A DNA stretch of 39,812 nt from Thermoanaerobaculales bacterium (GCA_025456385.1 JALOKS010000007.1:1-39812), one strand, 5' to 3'; counted from the first letter of the stretch, positions 1 to 9,856 are shown. Made by a program: numbers and translations. The notes: generated by a model from the letters alone, not told the origin.

Positions 1-149
<149 letters not shown>

Positions 150-710
150 CTACCCCTGTTGTCCCTGTTCGATCTCGATCTTCTTGCTGAGACGGGAGAG
201 CTCGCCGGACAGCGAGCCGTCAAAAACCCGCGATCCGATCTGCAGCCGGAAGCCACCGAGGAGCTCCGGTCGGGTCGCGAACTCGGCGAGCACGGTGCCG
301 CCCTCGAGCTCTGCGACCACCGCGGTCAGGCGCTGCCTTCCAGCCTCGTCGAGGGTCGAGGCGGTCTCGACGCTGGCCCGCGTGCGGCCGAGGGAGCGGT
401 CGACCAGCTCGTGGTAGGCGGCGGCGATGTCGGCCATGTGCTGCATCCGGTAGTGGCGCTGCACCACGTGCAGGAAGCGCCGGGTGAGCGGGCCGACCTC
501 GACGGCGTCGAGGCTGCGGTCGAGGATCGCCGTCTTGGCGTCGCTCGGCACCGTCGGCACGACCAGCACGCGAGCGAGCTCGGGCACGGCGGCGAGCGCG
601 GCCGCGACGCGGTCGAGCTCCTCGGCCACCGCTTCGGTGCGGGCCGGCTCCTGGTCGCGAACCACCCCGAAGAGCGCCTTGGCGTAGGGCAGGGCACGGA
701 ATCGGGCCAT
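150..710 (-). CDS. atpH: F0F1 ATP synthase subunit delta (OSCP)
   Basis: 186 aa from MARFRALPYAKALF. Length, helical N-terminal part and position between subunit b and alpha fit the delta subunit. The ATG at 710 was chosen inside the 515-aa track ORF 150..1697, whose upstream part is Arg/Pro-rich read-through across the b genes. Confidence 0.85.
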   Translation of the reverse strand: MARFRALPYAKALFGVVRDQEPARTEAVAEELDRVAAALAAVPELARVLVVPTVPSDAKTAILDRSLDAVEVGPLTRRFLHVVQRHYRMQHMADIAAAYHELVDRSLGRTRASVETASTLDEAGRQRLTAVVAELEGGTVLAEFATRPELLGGFRLQIGSRVFDGSLSGELSRLSKKIEIEQGQQG

Positions 711-712
711 GG

Positions 713-1282
713 TCACTCCTTGCCGCCGACGGCCCGCATCGCGGCCAGGCTGCGCTCGAGCACGCGGCGGCGGTCGTCGTCCGTCATCTCCCGCGCGAGC
801 AGCTCGCGGGCGAGCTGGGCGGTGAGCGCGGCGGTGTCGCTCGCGAGCTGCTGCCGCGTCTCGGCCTCGCGGCGTGAGATCTCGTCGTCGATGCGGCGCA
901 GGAAGCGCGCCTCCTCCTCGCGGGCCTGCGCGGCAATGCGCTCGGCCTCGGCGCGGCCGTCGGCGGCGGCGCGCTCCGCGAGGCGCGCGATCTCGGCCTC
1001 GAGCTCGCCCAGGCGCCGGCCCATCTCGGCGCGCAGGGTGTCCGCCTCGACGAGCTGCGCGCGGGCGCGCTCGAGATCGTCGGCGATGCCGGCGCGGCGG
1101 GTCTCCAGGAAGGCGGCCATGGGACGGCCGACGAAGCGCTGGAGGAGGTAGAGGAACAGGGTCAGGTTGGCCGCCAGCCAGATGAAGTCGGGGATGCCGG
1201 CGTGCGTGACGCCCTTGTCGACGAGAATCGCGAAGATCAGGGCGCAGACGAAGACCAGGGCCCAGCCGCCGGCGGCCCTCAT
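713..1282 (-). CDS. atpF: F0F1 ATP synthase subunit b
   Basis: 189 aa from MRAAGGW. One N-terminal TM helix (WALVFVCALIFAILV) is followed by a long Ala/Arg/Glu-rich helix typical of b subunits. The stop lies 2 nt before the atpH ATG. Confidence 0.8.
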   Translation of the reverse strand: MRAAGGWALVFVCALIFAILVDKGVTHAGIPDFIWLAANLTLFLYLLQRFVGRPMAAFLETRRAGIADDLERARAQLVEADTLRAEMGRRLGELEAEIARLAERAAADGRAEAERIAAQAREEEARFLRRIDDEISRREAETRQQLASDTAALTAQLARELLAREMTDDDRRRVLERSLAAMRAVGGKE

Positions 1283-1710
1283 GACGCGAGCTCCCGGCCG
1301 AGCAGGCGCCCGGCGAGCAGCCGGGCGAGCTCCGAGCCGCGGCGGGCGAGCTCCGCGCGGGCGGCGGCGGCATCGCGGTCGAGGCCCGCGAGCACCTCGG
1401 CGAGGCGGGCGTCGGCCTGCGCCCGCGCGGCGTCGAGGGCGGTCTGGCGGCGCCCCATCGCCTGCTGGCGCGCGGCGGCGCGTTGCGCGGCGGCGTCGCG
1501 GGCCGCCTCGTGCATCTCGGCCTCGATCTTCGCCAGCGCCTGGCGGTGCTCCTCGTTGCGGGCGGCCCACTCGCGCTGCGCGCCGTCGACGCGCCGCTGC
1601 CGGTCATCGAGGACCGCGCCCACCGGCCGGATGAGGAAGCGGTACACGAGCCAGAGCGTTGCCCAGAAACAGACCATGACGAGGACCAAGGACGCATTCG
1701 GTGGGGTCAT
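1279..1710 (-). CDS. atpF2: F0F1 ATP synthase subunit b-prime (second b-type subunit)
   Basis: 143 aa with one N-terminal TM helix (LVLVMVCFWATLWLVYRFLI) and a charged helical tail. Its stop and the atpF start form an ATGA overlap (1279-1282). Confidence 0.75.
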   Translation of the reverse strand: MTPPNASLVLVMVCFWATLWLVYRFLIRPVGAVLDDRQRRVDGAQREWAARNEEHRQALAKIEAEMHEAARDAAAQRAAARQQAMGRRQTALDAARAQADARLAEVLAGLDRDAAAARAELARRGSELARLLAGRLLGRELAS

Positions 1711-1758
1711 CGGCCGCTCCCGGCGCGCTCCGCTCCCGTGCTCCGCACGAGGCGGTTC

Positions 1759-1787
1759 AAGCTAACAAATCCACCCGGCATGGTCAA
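1759..1787 (-). promoter_or_regulatory. Candidate sigma70-type promoter for the atpF-prime/atpF/atpH/atpA unit
   Basis: The minus strand reads TTGACC (1787-1782), 17 nt, TAGCTT (1764-1759), about 50 nt upstream of the b-prime ATG. The -35 overlaps the bactofilin stop codon. Sequence match only. Confidence 0.3.
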
Positions 1788-2157
1788 GATGCCTGAACGG
1801 CTTTGGTTGTGGATTTTTTCACACCCTTGGCGTCCATGCTGACCGCGCCCTCGAGAAAGGCGCCGTCCTCCATGACCAGGGCCGGGGTCTGGATGTCGGC
1901 CCACACCCGGGCGGTGGCGTGGAGCGTGACCTGCTCGCCGGCGCGGATGGTCCCGTGCACCTCGCCGCCGACGACGCAGCGCGCGACCTCGAGCTCGCCC
2001 TCGATCACGCCACTCTCCCCGACCACCAGCTCGGCGCCCGAGCGGACGGTGCCCTCGACCCGGCCGTCGACCCGAAAGTAGGTCGTGAACTCGAGCTCGC
2101 CGCGTATCACGCAGCCGGAGTCCACGAAGCCGTTCAACGCCTCGCCGCCACGAGCCA

Positions 2158-2158
<1 letters not shown>
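1784..2158 (-). CDS. Bactofilin (DUF583) cytoskeletal protein
   Basis: 124 aa. The core FRVDGRVEGTVRSGAELVVGESGVIEGELEVARCVVGGEVHGTIRAGEQVTLHATARVWADIQTPALVMEDGAFLEG shows the repetitive beta-helix pattern of bactofilins, followed by a Lys-rich tail. The ATG at 2158 shares one base with the parB TGA (TGATG). Confidence 0.85.
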
Positions 2159-3010
<852 letters not shown>

Positions 3011-3021
<11 letters not shown>

Positions 3022-3796
3022 CGGCAGCCTCCGTCCGCTGCAGGTACTCGCGGCCGAGCTCGAGGTAGGCCTGAGAGCCCCGGCTGCGCAGGTCGTAGGC
3101 GTGGATCGGCCGCCCGAAGGACGGCGCCTCCGCGAGCCGCACATTGCGCGGCACCACCGTCTCGAAGACCAGGTCGCCGAAGACCCCGCGCACCTCGTCG
3201 GCGACCTGCTGGGCGAGCCGGGTCCGCTCGTCGTACATCGTCAACAGGACGCCGTCGATGCTGAGCGCCGGGTTGAGAAAGCGGCGCACCTCCTCGATCG
3301 TGGTCATGAGGTGGGACACCCCCTCGAGGGCGAAGTACTCGCACTGGATCGGCACCAGGAGGCCGTCGGCGGCGGCGAGCGCGTTCAGGGTCAGCAGGCC
3401 GAGCGAGGGCGGACAGTCGACGAGCGCGAAGTCGTAGGCCGCGAGCGCGTCGCCGGCGAGTGCGTCGCGGAGCCGGAACTCGCGCCCGACCATGCCGACC
3501 AGCTCGACCTCGGCCCCCGCCAGGTCCGGGGTCGCGGGGACCAGCCCCAGGAAGGGGAACTCGGTCGCGCGGGCGGCGGCGGTGAGCGCGACGTTGCCGA
3601 GGAGCAGGTCGTACGAGGTCGCCTCGCCGGCGCTCGGCCGCAGCCCGAGACCGGCGGTGCAGTTGGACTGCGGGTCGAGGTCGAGGAGCAGGGTGCGCCG
3701 CTCGTAGGCCGCCAGGGTGGCGCCGAGGCTGATCGCGGTCGTTGTCTTGCCGACCCCGCCCTTCTGGTTGGCGATCGCGACCACCCGCGGACGCAT
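3011..3796 (-). CDS. parA: Chromosome partitioning ATPase ParA (Soj)
   Basis: 261 aa with the deviant Walker A AIANQKGGVGKTTT. The 3' end overlaps the parB start by 11 nt. SD GGAGG lies upstream of the ATG at 3796. Confidence 0.92.
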
Positions 3797-3854
3797 CGCT
3801 CAGGGCCTCCGCGCGGCGGCGGGGCGGCCGCCCTCGGATTCGGGTGGGTTCGTG

Positions 3855-3870
3855 GGTTTCACGTGAAACA
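3855..3870. promoter_or_regulatory. parS centromere-like site 1
   Basis: GGTTTCACGTGAAACA (minus strand TGTTTCACGTGAAACC) matches the palindromic parS consensus TGTTNCACGTGAAACA at 15 of 16 positions. It overlaps the rsmG stop codon and lies about 60 nt upstream of the parA ATG. Confidence 0.8.
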
Positions 3871-4464
3871 TGGTTGCAGCCGACAGAGCCGGCCGCGCTC
3901 GAGGCCGGGTAGCGGCGAGCTTAGCACACGCCAGCCGGCGAGCCCCTGCAGCGCCGCGACCCCGTCCTCGGTCGTCCACAGCAGCACCCGCCCCGCCGGG
4001 CGCAGGTGGTCTCCCGCCCACGCGAGGAGCGCCTCCGGAGCGCCCAGCGCTCGTGCGGTGATGCAGTCCCAGCGCCCGCCCGGCGGCAGCTCCTGGAAGC
4101 GCATCCGCAGCGCGGCCGCCGGCAGCTCGATCTCGCGGATGACCAGCTTGAGGAAGGCCCACCGCTTCTGGCGCGGCTCGAGGAGGTCTCCGGACCACCG
4201 CGGGCGGGCCACCAGCAACGGCACCCCGGGCAGGCCGGCGCCGCTGCCGACGTCGAGCAGGCGCCCCTCGCCGGTGAGCTCGCCGCTGCCGGCGAGGGCA
4301 TCCAGAAGGTGGCGCTCGACCAGCTCGCGGCGGTCTGCGTACCGCACCAGGCTGTGGCGGGCCGACCAACGCTCGACGAGCTCCGCGTAGCGCGCGAGCG
4401 GCGCCACCGCCGCGGCCTCGACCCGCCCCCCGAGGAGGGCGGCGAAGTCGGGCTCGCCGCTCAC
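3859..4464 (-). CDS. rsmG: 16S rRNA (guanine527-N7)-methyltransferase RsmG (GidB)
   Basis: SAM-binding motif LLDVGSGAGLPGVPL and GidB-like length. The preferred start is GTG at 4464, giving a GTGA overlap with the mnmG stop. ATG at 4491 is the alternative. Confidence 0.85.
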   Translation of the reverse strand: MSGEPDFAALLGGRVEAAAVAPLARYAELVERWSARHSLVRYADRRELVERHLLDALAGSGELTGEGRLLDVGSGAGLPGVPLLVARPRWSGDLLEPRQKRWAFLKLVIREIELPAAALRMRFQELPPGGRWDCITARALGAPEALLAWAGDHLRPAGRVLLWTTEDGVAALQGLAGWRVLSSPLPGLERGRLCRLQPCFT

Positions 4465-6323
4465 CCGCCGGGGCCCTCGCGCGCCAGCCAACCGGCGACG
4501 ATCGCGAGCGCCGCCGGGGTCATGCCCGGCACCCGCTCCGCCTCGGCGAGCGAGCGCGGCCGCTCCCGCGCCAGAGCCTCGACCACCTCCCGCGACAAAC
4601 CGGGCAAACGGCGAGGATCGAGCTCGGCCGGCAGCGGCACGTCCCGCAGCCGGCGCAGGCGCTCGCGCTCGCGCTCGTGGCGCCCCAGGTAGCCGTCGTA
4701 GCGCAGCAGCCCGACGACCACGCGCCGCTCATCGGGATCCAGCCCGGCGAGCTCGTCGAGCTCGGCCGCCACCCGCTCGGTGTCCACGTCGCAGCGCCGC
4801 AGCAGCTGCGCCCAGCTCGCCGGCGCGGCCAGCTCGACGCCAGCCACGGCCAGCACCCGCTGCCGGGTCGCGGCGTCCGGGTTGAGGCGCGAGGCCTCGA
4901 GGGCCGCGCGGGCCCGCCGCCGCCGTTCCGCGCGCCGCTGTTCCACGTGAAACACCCGCTCCGGCACCAGCCCCAGGCGCCAGCCCGTCGCCATCAGGCG
5001 CTCCCGCGCCGTGTCGACGCCGAGGAGCAGCCGGTGCTCGGCGCGCGAGGTGAACATGCGGTATGGCTCGCGGTGCTCGCGGCCGCAGAGGTCGTCGAGC
5101 AGCACCCCGAGGTAGGCCTGCGCCCGGTCCGGCACGAAGGCCTCCTCCCCGCGCAGCCCGCGGACGGCGTTGATGCCGGCCACCAGGCCCAGCGCGGCCG
5201 CCTCCTCGTAGCCCGAGGTCCCCAGCAGCTGGCCGGCGATGAAGAGGCCCGGCACGCCGCGGCTCTCGAGCGTCGGCGCCACCTGCCGCGGCGCCACCAC
5301 GTCGTACTCCACGGCGTAGCCGTAGCGGAGGAAGACGGCGCGCTCCAGGCCCGGCACCGCGCGCACCACCGCCTCCTGCACGTCCGCGGGGAGGCTGGTG
5401 GACAGGCCGTTGAGGTAGATGCTGTCGCCCGCCAGCTCCTCCGGCTCGAGAAACACCGTGTGCGTTTCGTGGTGCGGAAAGCGCACCACCTTGTCCTCGA
5501 TCGACGGGCAGTAGCGGGGCCCGACGCCCTCGATCCGACCCGAGAACAGGGGCGAGCGGTGGAGGTTGTCCTCGATGATCGCCCGCACCGCCGGCGGCGT
5601 CCGGCTGAGCCAGCACGGCGTCCGGTTCGCCACCCCCCGGCTGCGCCACGAGAAGGGCCGCGGCTCGGGGTCGCCCTCCTGCGCCTCCAGACGCTCGAGC
5701 GCGAGGCTCGCGCGGTGCAGGCGCGGCGGGGTGCCGGTCTTGAAGCGGCGGAGCTCGAAGCCGAGCGCGGCGAGGTCGCGGCCGAGCTCGGTGCTCGGCC
5801 GCTCGCCGAAGCGGCCCCCCGGCCGCCGCTCCTCGCCGGTGTGCAGCACGCCGCCGAGGAAGGTGCCGGTGGTCAGCACCACCGCCCCGGCAGACAGGCG
5901 CTCGCCGTCCGCCAGCCGCACCCCCACCACCCGTCCGTCGTCGACCAGCAGGCCGACGGTCTCGCCCTCCAGCAGGCTGAGCCCGCGGAGGCCTTCGACC
6001 ACCCGCCGCAGATGACGGGCGTACGCGGTCTTGTCGCACTGCGCCCGCGGCCCCCAGACGGCGGGTCCGCGCGAGCGGTTCAAGACCTTGAACTGGATCC
6101 CCGCGCGATCGGCCGCCCAGCCCTGCAGCCCGCCGAGGGCGTCGATCTCCGCCACCAGGTGACCCTTGCCGATGCCGCCGATCGCCGGGTTGCAGGGCAT
6201 CTGCCCGACCGTCCCGCGGTGGAGCGTGACCAGCGCGACCGAGGCCCCGAGCCGCGCCGCCGCCGCCGCCGCCTCGCAGCCCGCGTGCCCCGCCCCGACC
6301 ACGATCAGGTCCGCGCCCGCCAT
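4461..6323 (-). CDS. mnmG: tRNA uridine 5-carboxymethylaminomethyl modification enzyme MnmG (GidA)
   Basis: 620 aa from MAGADLIVVGAGHAGCEAA (FAD fold). Contains PCNPAIGGIGKGHLV and the GidA C-terminal helical domain. The start was chosen inside the 692-aa track ORF. Confidence 0.93.
   Translation of the reverse strand: MAGADLIVVGAGHAGCEAAAAAARLGASVALVTLHRGTVGQMPCNPAIGGIGKGHLVAEIDALGGLQGWAADRAGIQFKVLNRSRGPAVWGPRAQCDKTAYARHLRRVVEGLRGLSLLEGETVGLLVDDGRVVGVRLADGERLSAGAVVLTTGTFLGGVLHTGEERRPGGRFGERPSTELGRDLAALGFELRRFKTGTPPRLHRASLALERLEAQEGDPEPRPFSWRSRGVANRTPCWLSRTPPAVRAIIEDNLHRSPLFSGRIEGVGPRYCPSIEDKVVRFPHHETHTVFLEPEELAGDSIYLNGLSTSLPADVQEAVVRAVPGLERAVFLRYGYAVEYDVVAPRQVAPTLESRGVPGLFIAGQLLGTSGYEEAAALGLVAGINAVRGLRGEEAFVPDRAQAYLGVLLDDLCGREHREPYRMFTSRAEHRLLLGVDTARERLMATGWRLGLVPERVFHVEQRRAERRRRARAALEASRLNPDAATRQRVLAVAGVELAAPASWAQLLRRCDVDTERVAAELDELAGLDPDERRVVVGLLRYDGYLGRHERERERLRRLRDVPLPAELDPRRLPGLSREVVEALARERPRSLAEAERVPGMTPAALAIVAGWLAREGPGG
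4939..4954. promoter_or_regulatory. parS centromere-like site 2 (inside mnmG)
   Basis: TGTTCCACGTGAAACA is a 16/16 match to the Bacillus-type parS consensus. It is embedded in mnmG coding sequence (encodes ..VFHVEQ..). Confidence 0.8.
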
Positions 6324-6324
6324 C

Positions 6325-7665
6325 TCACTTGCCGATGCAGAAGGTCGCGAACAGGCGGTCGAGCAGCTCCTCCGAGCCCAGCTCGCCGACCAGCTCCTCG
6401 AGCGCCCGGGTCGCCCACCGCAGCCGCTCGGCCGCCAGCTCGAGCTGCCGCCAGTCCGCCCCCGCCAGCTCGTCGCGGGCGCGCTCCAGCGCCGCCCGAT
6501 GCCGCGCTCCGATCGCCACCGCGCCGCCCAGGTCCACAACCTCGCTCTCCGCCCGAGCCGCGAGCTCGGCCCGCAGCGCCGCCAGCCCCTCGCCGCTGTG
6601 GCAGGACACCCGCAGCCATCCCGGCCGCTCCAGGGGCCCGAGATCGGCCCGCGAGCTGAGGCGGAGCGCTGGCACCCCGGCGGGCGCCTCCGGCTCCTCG
6701 CCGGGCGCGTCGACGGACCACAGGAGCAGCACCAGGTCCGCCTCGGCGGCCGCGGCGCGGGCGCGGCGCGCCCCTTCGACCTCGAGCTCGTCCGTCGCCG
6801 CGCCCAGGCCGGCCGTGTCCTGCAGCACCAGGCGCAGGCCGCCGACCTCCAGCTCGCACTCGAGGAGGTCCCTCGTGGTTCCCGGCCGGGGCGAGACGAT
6901 GGCTCGCTCTCTTTCTCCTAAAATATTGAAAAGAGTAGACTTGCCAGAGTTCGGGGCGCCCAGGATGACGACCCGCAGGCCGTCCCGGATGAGGCGGCCG
7001 GCGGGTGCGGTCGCGAGCAGGGCGGCGAGCCGGTCGCGGCAGCGTCCACCCCGCGCGGCGAGGGCCGCCTCCTCCGCGACCACGCCCTGGGCCGCGAAGT
7101 CCAGCGCCCCCTCGACCTCGGCCGCCAGCCCGAGGAGCTCGTCGCGAAGCTCCCGGAAGCTCGCCGACAGCGCGCCGTCGAGCTGGGCCCGCGCGTTGCG
7201 CGCCTGCCAGGCGGTCTGCGCCGCCACCAGGTCGCGAACCGCCTCCGCCTGCACCAGGTCGAGCTTGCCGTTGGCCACCGCCCGCCGGGTGAACTCTCCG
7301 GGCTGCGCCCGCCGCGCACCGGCGGCCACGCAGGCCTCGACGAGACGCTCCACCAGGTAGGGCGAGCCGTGCAGGGTCGCCTCGAACATGTCCTCGCCGG
7401 TGGCCGAGCGCGGCCCCGGGAAGGGAATCACCAGCGCGCGCTCGAGCTCGCGGCCGGACGCGTCGAAGAGCGGCGCGAGCGTCGCCCGCCACCCCCGCGC
7501 GAAGCTCAGGTCCGGGCAGACCCGGGCCGCGACCGTAGCCGCCCCCGCGCCGCTGACCCGCACCACCGCCAGCGCCCCGCGACCGGCAGCGGTGGCGCGC
7601 GCGACGATGGTGTCAGCGCCGCCGACGAGGGCGGATGACAACCCGCTTGAGGAAGCCGTCGCCAT
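6325..7665 (-). CDS. mnmE: tRNA modification GTPase MnmE (TrmE)
   Basis: 446 aa. N-terminal DTIVARATAAGRGALAVVRVSG, G domain GAPNSGKSTLFN / GTTRD / DTAG, and the C-terminal FCIGK motif. The ATG at 7665 overlaps the jag 3' end by 53 nt (an in-frame TTG at 7641 is an alternative). Confidence 0.9.
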   Translation of the reverse strand: MATASSSGLSSALVGGADTIVARATAAGRGALAVVRVSGAGAATVAARVCPDLSFARGWRATLAPLFDASGRELERALVIPFPGPRSATGEDMFEATLHGSPYLVERLVEACVAAGARRAQPGEFTRRAVANGKLDLVQAEAVRDLVAAQTAWQARNARAQLDGALSASFRELRDELLGLAAEVEGALDFAAQGVVAEEAALAARGGRCRDRLAALLATAPAGRLIRDGLRVVILGAPNSGKSTLFNILGERERAIVSPRPGTTRDLLECELEVGGLRLVLQDTAGLGAATDELEVEGARRARAAAAEADLVLLLWSVDAPGEEPEAPAGVPALRLSSRADLGPLERPGWLRVSCHSGEGLAALRAELAARAESEVVDLGGAVAIGARHRAALERARDELAGADWRQLELAAERLRWATRALEELVGELGSEELLDRLFATFCIGK

Positions 7666-8212
7666 CTGAGTCGGTCTCCACGCCGGGGTCGTCGGCGAGC
7701 GCGAGGTGAATCTCCCGCCGCGCGGCCGGCGTCAGCGGACCGATGGTCACCGGTGCCCCGCGCCGCAAGGCCTCGTCCGCCGCGGCTTCCGCCTGCTCCT
7801 GCAGGCGCACAGAGCGCCGGGCCTTGAAGCCGTCGCTGTCGAGGTGGACCGGCACATGGTCGGCGGCGCGCCGGTTGAGGACGCGGTTGCACAGGTACTG
7901 CAGCGCGTCCAGGCCGCGCCCGCCGGAGGCGGTCAGCAGCCGGACGTCGGCGCCGCTGAGCTCGCACTCCAGGGCCTCCGGGCGCTCGGCCAGGCGGCCG
8001 GTGACGTCGAGGCCTCCGGCGCGGAAGGTCTCGGCGAGGAACAAGCCCAGCACCGCCACCGGATCGACCGCCGCCTCGATCGCCACGCCCTCCGCAGCGG
8101 TGCCCTCCGCGAGCTCGTAGTGGAGCTCCTCTGTCCGTGCGCCGAGACCCGAGCAGGCCGCGTTCAGGGCCTCGTCCAAGCTGGAGCCCACGAAGCGCCG
8201 GCTTCCCTTCAT
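7613..8212 (-). CDS. jag: Jag/KhpB-type RNA-binding protein (Jag_N, KH, R3H)
   Basis: 199 aa from MKGSRRFVGSSLDEAL, with a C-terminal R3H region (PLTPAARREIHLALADDPGVETDSDGDGFLKRVVIRP). ATGA overlap with the yidC stop. Classic yidC-jag order. Confidence 0.85.
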   Translation of the reverse strand: MKGSRRFVGSSLDEALNAACSGLGARTEELHYELAEGTAAEGVAIEAAVDPVAVLGLFLAETFRAGGLDVTGRLAERPEALECELSGADVRLLTASGGRGLDALQYLCNRVLNRRAADHVPVHLDSDGFKARRSVRLQEQAEAAADEALRRGAPVTIGPLTPAARREIHLALADDPGVETDSDGDGFLKRVVIRPRRRR

Positions 8213-9834
8213 CGTCCGGAGTCCTTCCGCGACCGCCACCACCCGCCGAGCTTGCGTTCCCCCACCAGGTGGAGGGTGAGCTCCTGCTGGATGATCGTGA
8301 TGACGTTGTTGGTGAGCCAGTAGAGGACCAGGCCGGACGGGAACTGCAGGAACATGATGCCGAAGATCAGGGGCATCATCCGCATCAGGCGCTGCTGCTG
8401 CGGATCGCCGACCTGCGGCGCCAGGTGCTGCTGCAACCACATCGTCGCGGTCATCAGGATCGGCGTCACGTAGTACGGGTCCTTGGCGGAGAGGTCGGTG
8501 ATCCACAGCGCGAAGGGCGCGTGACGGAGCTCGATCGCGCGCAGGAAAAGCTGGTAGAGCGCCCACAGCAGCGGCAGCTGGACGAGCAGGGGGAGGCACC
8601 CCGCCATCGGGTTGATGCCCTCCTGCTTGTACAGCGCCATCATCTCCTGGTTCATCTTCGCGCGCGCCTGCGGGTCGGCCTTCTTCTTCTTGTAGCGCGC
8701 CTGGATCTCCTTCACCTTCGGCTGCACCTTGGCCATCTTCCGCATCGACACGGTCGAGGTGTGCATGAGCGGGAACAGGAGGATCCGGATGCCGACGGTG
8801 AGCAGGATGATGGCGGTGCCGTAGTTGCCGACGTGGCTGTAGATCCAGCGCAGGGCCTTGAGGAAGAACACCGAGATCGGCCCGAAGAAACCGAAGTCGA
8901 GGGTCTCCTCGAGCCCGCGGCCGAGCCTCCGCACGAGGTCGTACTCCTTGGGTGCGCCGAGGTACTGGCCGCGCAGCTCGCCGTCGCGCGGCAGCACGCT
9001 GACGCGCAGCACGCGGGTCGGCTTGGCCTCCCCCTCGGTGTACTCCAGGGGCTCGAAGCGCAGCTCCGCGACCGGCGTGTCGGGCAGCAGGAGGCCGACG
9101 AAGTACGCACCCTCGAGACCCGCGAAGGCGAGCTGGCCGGGGGTCAGCACCCGCGGCTCCTTGAGCTTGGCCCGTTTGAAGCGGTCGATCTCGCCGTCCG
9201 CGTTCACGATTCCCTCGCCCCACAGGGCGAGCCGGTTGTCGCGCTCGACCGCGCCGAGATCACGCAGGCCGGTGCCGATGCTCACCGCCGCCGCCCGCCG
9301 CTCGCCGGCCGTCGAGATCGCCACCTCCAGGCCATAGCTCTCGCCTGCCAGCGCGATCCGCTTGGTGACCGCGGCGCCGAGCCCGTCGGCCCACCGGAAG
9401 ACGACCGCCTCCCCATCCCTCTCCACCGCGTAGAGCGCGGAGTCCGGACCGCTGGCAGTGATCAGCTGCAGCGGGAGGGCGCGCTCGGCCAGCGGCACCG
9501 TCTGCACGAGGTCCACCGCCTCGCCGCCGTCGCCCTGGTACCCGGCGAGGCGGTAGGAGCTGACCGCGGCCCCGCGGTTGGTCAGGGTCACCGCGATGTG
9601 GTCGTTAGCGAGCTCGATGGTCTCCTCAACCTCCGCCCCCAGCGCGGCGTCCGTGACGAGCTCGCTCGCGGCGCCCGGGACCTCGGTCGGGACGGCCGCC
9701 GCGGCCGGCGCCACCTCCTCGGCTGTCTCCGGGCGGGGCTGCGGTCTGACCGGCGCCGGCGGCGGGAAAAGGATCGACCAGGCGAGCAGGATCGCCGCGG
9801 ACAGCACGAAGGCGAGCAGGAGTCTCTTCTCCAT
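8209..9834 (-). CDS. yidC: Membrane protein insertase YidC
   Basis: 541 aa with an N-terminal TM helix, a large periplasmic domain and the conserved insertase core (MRKMAKVQPKVKEIQARYKKK, MNQEMMALYKQEGINPMAGCLPLLVQLP). Confidence 0.92.
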   Translation of the reverse strand: MEKRLLLAFVLSAAILLAWSILFPPPAPVRPQPRPETAEEVAPAAAAVPTEVPGAASELVTDAALGAEVEETIELANDHIAVTLTNRGAAVSSYRLAGYQGDGGEAVDLVQTVPLAERALPLQLITASGPDSALYAVERDGEAVVFRWADGLGAAVTKRIALAGESYGLEVAISTAGERRAAAVSIGTGLRDLGAVERDNRLALWGEGIVNADGEIDRFKRAKLKEPRVLTPGQLAFAGLEGAYFVGLLLPDTPVAELRFEPLEYTEGEAKPTRVLRVSVLPRDGELRGQYLGAPKEYDLVRRLGRGLEETLDFGFFGPISVFFLKALRWIYSHVGNYGTAIILLTVGIRILLFPLMHTSTVSMRKMAKVQPKVKEIQARYKKKKADPQARAKMNQEMMALYKQEGINPMAGCLPLLVQLPLLWALYQLFLRAIELRHAPFALWITDLSAKDPYYVTPILMTATMWLQQHLAPQVGDPQQQRLMRMMPLIFGIMFLQFPSGLVLYWLTNNVITIIQQELTLHLVGERKLGGWWRSRKDSGR

Positions 9835-9856
9835 CCTCCGTCATCCCTCTCGCGTC

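Noticed and set aside
150-1697. Single 515-aa ORF covering atpH and running through the b and b-prime region
   Set aside because: Only the last 186 aa resemble ATP synthase delta. The upstream part is Arg/Pro-rich and overlaps the better-supported atpF and b-prime frames. The same trimming of N-terminal extensions was applied to track ORFs 2158..3144, 4461..6539, 7613..9223, 19576..20679, 21410..23188, 25384..26535, 31691..33565 and 32812..34023.
6925-6950. Sigma54-like TGGCA on the minus strand within the mnmE AT-rich patch
   Set aside because: TGGCAAGTCTACTCTT lacks the GC of the -12 element at the correct spacing, so it does not fit the TGGCAC-N5-TTGCA consensus.
7613-7665. 53-nt overlap between the mnmE start and the jag end as a possible frameshift or annotation error
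   Set aside because: Both frames are intact and both products are full-length. An in-frame TTG at 7641 would shorten the overlap to 29 nt. This is most likely start-codon uncertainty.
9835-9856. Expected yidD gene between rnpA and yidC
   Set aside because: Only 22 nt separate rnpA and yidC and no small ORF fits, so yidD is absent here or encoded elsewhere. Not considered remarkable.
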